In this document: one piece after another, positions 29,007 to 32,000 of the stretch | How positions within the stretch are numbered: the stretch's first letter is position 1 | Layout: each line of letters starts with the position of its first letter | Assembly: GCF_048381495.1 (NCBI RefSeq) | Contig: NZ_JBLWGD010000001.1 | Coordinates: 485,151-517,150 of the forward strand | Direction of reading: 5' to 3' | Origin: Algibacter ulvanivorans | GTDB taxonomy: Bacteria > Bacteroidota > Bacteroidia > Flavobacteriales > Flavobacteriaceae | Length of the DNA: 32,000 nucleotides | Translations under genes and position numbers: made by a program | Notes under the pieces: generated by a model | The model's input: the letters and a program-made list of their open reading frames with translations, nothing else | What the model was told of the DNA's origin: nothing | Databases searched by the model: none

Positions 29007-30536
29007 TTAGATGTTAAATACAATACCTTGAGCTAAAGGTGCATTTTTGCCATAATTTACGGTGCAGGTTTGTCGTCTCATATAGGCTTTCCAAGCATCA
29101 GATCCACTTTCTCGACCACCGCCGGTTTCTTTTTCGCCGCCAAATGCACCGCCAATTTCGGCTCCTGAAGTACCTATGTTAACGTTAGCAATGCCACAAT
29201 CTGAGCCAGCATTAGATAAAAAAGTTTCTACCTGTTGCATGTTTAAAGAAAATATTGCAGAGGATAGTCCTTGTGGTACGTTGTTTTGAATTGCAATGGC
29301 TTCTTCAAAAGTTTCGTAAGCAAAAATATATAGAATTGGTGCAAACGTTTCGTGTTTAACAATAGACATGTTTGGTGTAGCTTCAATAATAGTAGGAACT
29401 ACGTAACATTTAGATTTGTAAGTTTCGCCCGTTAAAACTTCATTTCCGTAAACTAATTTTCCGCCTTGCTTTTGGGCTTCGTTTATGGTTTTAAGATAGG
29501 CGTTTACAGCATCGGTATCTATTAATGGACCAACATGGTTTTTTTCGTCTAGCGGATTTCCAATTTGTAATTGTTTGTACGCGTGTGTTAATTTATTTAA
29601 TAAATCTGGGTATTGGCTTTTGTGTACTATTAATCGGCGTGTTGTTGTGCAACGTTGGCCAGCAGTTCCTACAGCTCCAAAAACTATGGCGGGTATGGCA
29701 ACGCTTAAATCGGCTTCTTCGGTTACAATTATAGCGTTATTGCCGCCTAATTCTAGTATAGACTTACCTAGTCGTTTACCAACGGTTTCGGCTACACTTT
29801 TTCCCATTTTGGTCGATCCCGTTGCAGAAACTAATGCAATATTGGGGTCTGCTGTTAGTTGTTTTCCTATTTCGCTATCGCCAATAATAACATTGGATAT
29901 TCCTTCGGGCAAGTTGTTTTTCTTGAGTATTGTTTTAAAAATTTCTTGACAGGCCAGAGCAGAAAATGGTGTTTTTTCAGAAGGTTTCCATATACAAATA
30001 TTACCACAAACCCACGATAATGCAGCATTCCATGCCCAAACAGCTACTGGGAAATTAAAGGCAGAAATGATGCCTACAATACCTAAAGGGTGCCATTGTT
30101 CGAACATGCGATGGTTAGGTCTTTCAGAATGCATTTGAAGCCCGTAAAGTTGGCGCGATAAACCCACAGCAAAATCGCAAATGTCTATCATTTCTTGAAC
30201 CTCGCCATAGCCTTCTTGAAGGCTTTTGCCCATTTCGTAGCTTACTAACTTTCCTAGGTTTTCTTTTTCGTTTCTTAGCGCATCACCAAATTGGCGTACT
30301 ATTTCACCACGCTGAGGAGCTGGAAGTGCTTTCCAAATAGGAAAAGCTTCATTAGCTTTAGTAACAACTGTATCATAACTTTTAGTGTCGGCTAGTTCTA
30401 TAGTGCCAATAATGTTGTTATCTACAGGCGATTTAATAGTGGCATTTATTCCGCTATTACCAATCCATTCGTTTTGTCCTGTGCTTGTATTGTTATATGG
30501 CGTTTTAAGGTTAAACGCTTGTAAAATATCGTTCAT
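29007..30536 (-). CDS. ALDH7-like aldehyde dehydrogenase (alpha-aminoadipic semialdehyde / piperideine-6-carboxylate dehydrogenase type)
   Basis: ELGGNNAIIV and GTAGQRCTTTRRLIVH (catalytic Cys) closely resemble the ALDH7A1 signature as I recall it. The protein is 509 aa. Confidence 0.85.
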   Translation of the reverse strand: MNDILQAFNLKTPYNNTSTGQNEWIGNSGINATIKSPVDNNIIGTIELADTKSYDTVVTKANEAFPIWKALPAPQRGEIVRQFGDALRNEKENLGKLVSYEMGKSLQEGYGEVQEMIDICDFAVGLSRQLYGLQMHSERPNHRMFEQWHPLGIVGIISAFNFPVAVWAWNAALSWVCGNICIWKPSEKTPFSALACQEIFKTILKKNNLPEGISNVIIGDSEIGKQLTADPNIALVSATGSTKMGKSVAETVGKRLGKSILELGGNNAIIVTEEADLSVAIPAIVFGAVGTAGQRCTTTRRLIVHKSQYPDLLNKLTHAYKQLQIGNPLDEKNHVGPLIDTDAVNAYLKTINEAQKQGGKLVYGNEVLTGETYKSKCYVVPTIIEATPNMSIVKHETFAPILYIFAYETFEEAIAIQNNVPQGLSSAIFSLNMQQVETFLSNAGSDCGIANVNIGTSGAEIGGAFGGEKETGGGRESGSDAWKAYMRRQTCTVNYGKNAPLAQGIVFNI

Positions 30537-30548
30537 TTTTTAATACTA

Positions 30549-31454
30549 TTAATTTTTAGTTTGTTCGGTATAGGTACTTTCAAATATTTTATCGGCATTA
30601 GCCGTTTCAAAACCATCGCGTCTAAAATTTCTTTTTACATCTTCTTTTTTGGTGTTGCTATATTCAGGAAGTAGTTTGCGTTCTGCAAATTCAACATAGC
30701 TTCCTGCAATTTTTAAATTTTTGCCATCAGAAAATGTAGCGTTAATCATTTTTGCTACCGTACTACTTTGTTTTAATAAGCCATCTGAGCTTATTTTGAT
30801 TTTTCCGCCAGCTGTATTTAGTTTTATTTTAATACTTTCTAAGAAATTATTAAAGTCTTCAATGGTGTTGTAACCATTAGGGAGATCATGAACACTAATG
30901 GTGTAATGGTTTAAGTAGTAGCGGTTATAAATTACCCATGCGGCATATTCGGTTTCGTTTAAAAGCTCGTTGTATTCTTTAGACGATGGTAAGCCCCATA
31001 AAGGTTTGTAAAAAAAGTTTGAAACCTCTGTAATGTTGTTTAAATCTATACTTTCAATGGGGTCTTGTTTAATAGGGTTTGTGTATTTGTGTATTATGTC
31101 TTGAGATTTTTTTGATAAATCGTTAACCCTTAATTCGCTAATAAAAATTCTAGGAAAATGTTCTGCTGGTGGTGCGTACCAGTAAGCATTTAGTTTTTTT
31201 TCTTCAAAATTGTAAAACCCTTTTTTTTCATAGCCAAAGTGTAAAAATATTTTTTCAAAAGAAGCTATACCTAAATTTTTAACACCTAGAGTTCTAAAAG
31301 CAATATGATCGTTTGATATGTCTTTTTCATTTTTAATAATACCGGCATCAATCATCGCATTGGTAATTTTTGCAACATCGGTTACGCTTTCTTTGTAAGG
31401 AACTAGTAAATAATTCAATACCTTTTCTAAAGAATTTTCTTTTGAATGCTTCAT
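30549..31454 (-). CDS. hglS: DUF1338-family enzyme, 2-oxoadipate dioxygenase/decarboxylase (HglS-like)
   Basis: The DHIAFRT motif, size (301 aa) and its position directly upstream of the ALDH7-like gene in the same operon. Assignment is by recall of the DUF1338/HglS family. Confidence 0.65.
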   Translation of the reverse strand: MKHSKENSLEKVLNYLLVPYKESVTDVAKITNAMIDAGIIKNEKDISNDHIAFRTLGVKNLGIASFEKIFLHFGYEKKGFYNFEEKKLNAYWYAPPAEHFPRIFISELRVNDLSKKSQDIIHKYTNPIKQDPIESIDLNNITEVSNFFYKPLWGLPSSKEYNELLNETEYAAWVIYNRYYLNHYTISVHDLPNGYNTIEDFNNFLESIKIKLNTAGGKIKISSDGLLKQSSTVAKMINATFSDGKNLKIAGSYVEFAERKLLPEYSNTKKEDVKRNFRRDGFETANADKIFESTYTEQTKN

Positions 31455-31552
31455 TGCTTGATAGTGTTTAAGCTAAATAATTTTACTTTTTTGTTTTGAT
31501 AATGCAAATATAAAAGTAAATTTGAGTAGTAATAATTTTTATTAATTATCAA

Positions 31553-32000
31553 ATGATAAGTAAAATTAATCAATTAGAAATTCGACATATTCGTTATTTC
31601 TTGGTTTTAGCAGAAACTTTACATTTTAGAAAAGCGGCAACAAAGCTATTTATTTCTCAATCTGCACTTAGCCAACAAATTAATTTGTTAGAAAAGATAT
31701 TGGGTGTTAAATTGTTTGATAGAACAAATAGAAAGGTGTCTTTAAATACAGCTGGTATTTTATTTTTAGAAGAGGCAAAATATATTTTAAATCAATTAGA
31801 TAGGTCTATGGAGCGTTGGCAACAAGCTTTAGATGGAACCGATGGGCAGCTTAAAATAGGATTTGTTGGCTCTGCAATGAAGCATTATTTGCCACCTATT
31901 ATTAAGCAATTTACTAATAGTTTTCCTAAAGTAGTTTTGGCTTTAGAAGAACTTACTAATTCTGAACAGCTAAAAGCCCTAGAGCAAAACCAAATAGATA
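31553..32000 (+). CDS. LysR-family transcriptional regulator (partial, runs off the window end)
   Basis: My own translation from ATG 31553 is MISKINQLEIRHIRYFLVLAETLHFRKAATKLFISQSALSQQINLLEKILGVKLFDRTNRKVSLNTAG..., the canonical LysR HTH. It is divergent from the catabolic operon. Confidence 0.9.
   Translation, partial: MISKINQLEIRHIRYFLVLAETLHFRKAATKLFISQSALSQQINLLEKILGVKLFDRTNRKVSLNTAGILFLEEAKYILNQLDRSMERWQQALDGTDGQLKIGFVGSAMKHYLPPIIKQFTNSFPKVVLALEELTNSEQLKALEQNQID

Overview
AT-rich, Flavobacteriia-like (Bacteroidota) window in two halves. (1) Positions 1-15139 look like the right-hand part of an integrated mobilizable or conjugative element whose left end is outside the window. It carries a heavy-metal module (CzcB-like adaptor, Fur-family regulator, MerTP-like transporter, GDCCVxC protein, P1B-type ATPase). 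Next comes a run of small, individually terminated genes resembling a conjugative leading region (DUF932, small ORFs, ssb), then an HxlR/SDR cargo pair, a BtgA/BtgB-like mobilization pair with a candidate oriT, a D-cysteine desulfhydrase/ACC deaminase-family enzyme and a tyrosine integrase. The element ends at a 5'-truncated tRNA-Leu(UAG) fragment, interpreted as attR, followed by what looks like the native tRNA terminator. (2) Positions 15140-32000 are ordinary chromosome. They hold a SusC/SusD polysaccharide utilization locus with a GH63/GH37-like hydrolase and a LacZ-like GH2 beta-galactosidase, then a minus-strand (hydroxy)lysine-catabolism operon (DUF1338/HglS-like, ALDH7-like, and a 1010-aa kinase/M23/class-III aminotransferase fusion) with a divergent, partial LysR regulator. 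The signals not explained by gene calls are in the element's intergenic DNA. These are two families of 130-170 nt repeats with compensatory stem changes placed upstream of leading-region genes, a long imperfect hairpin upstream of ssb, and two genes each broken by a single in-frame stop codon. All family assignments rest on visible motifs and recall, because no searches could be run.
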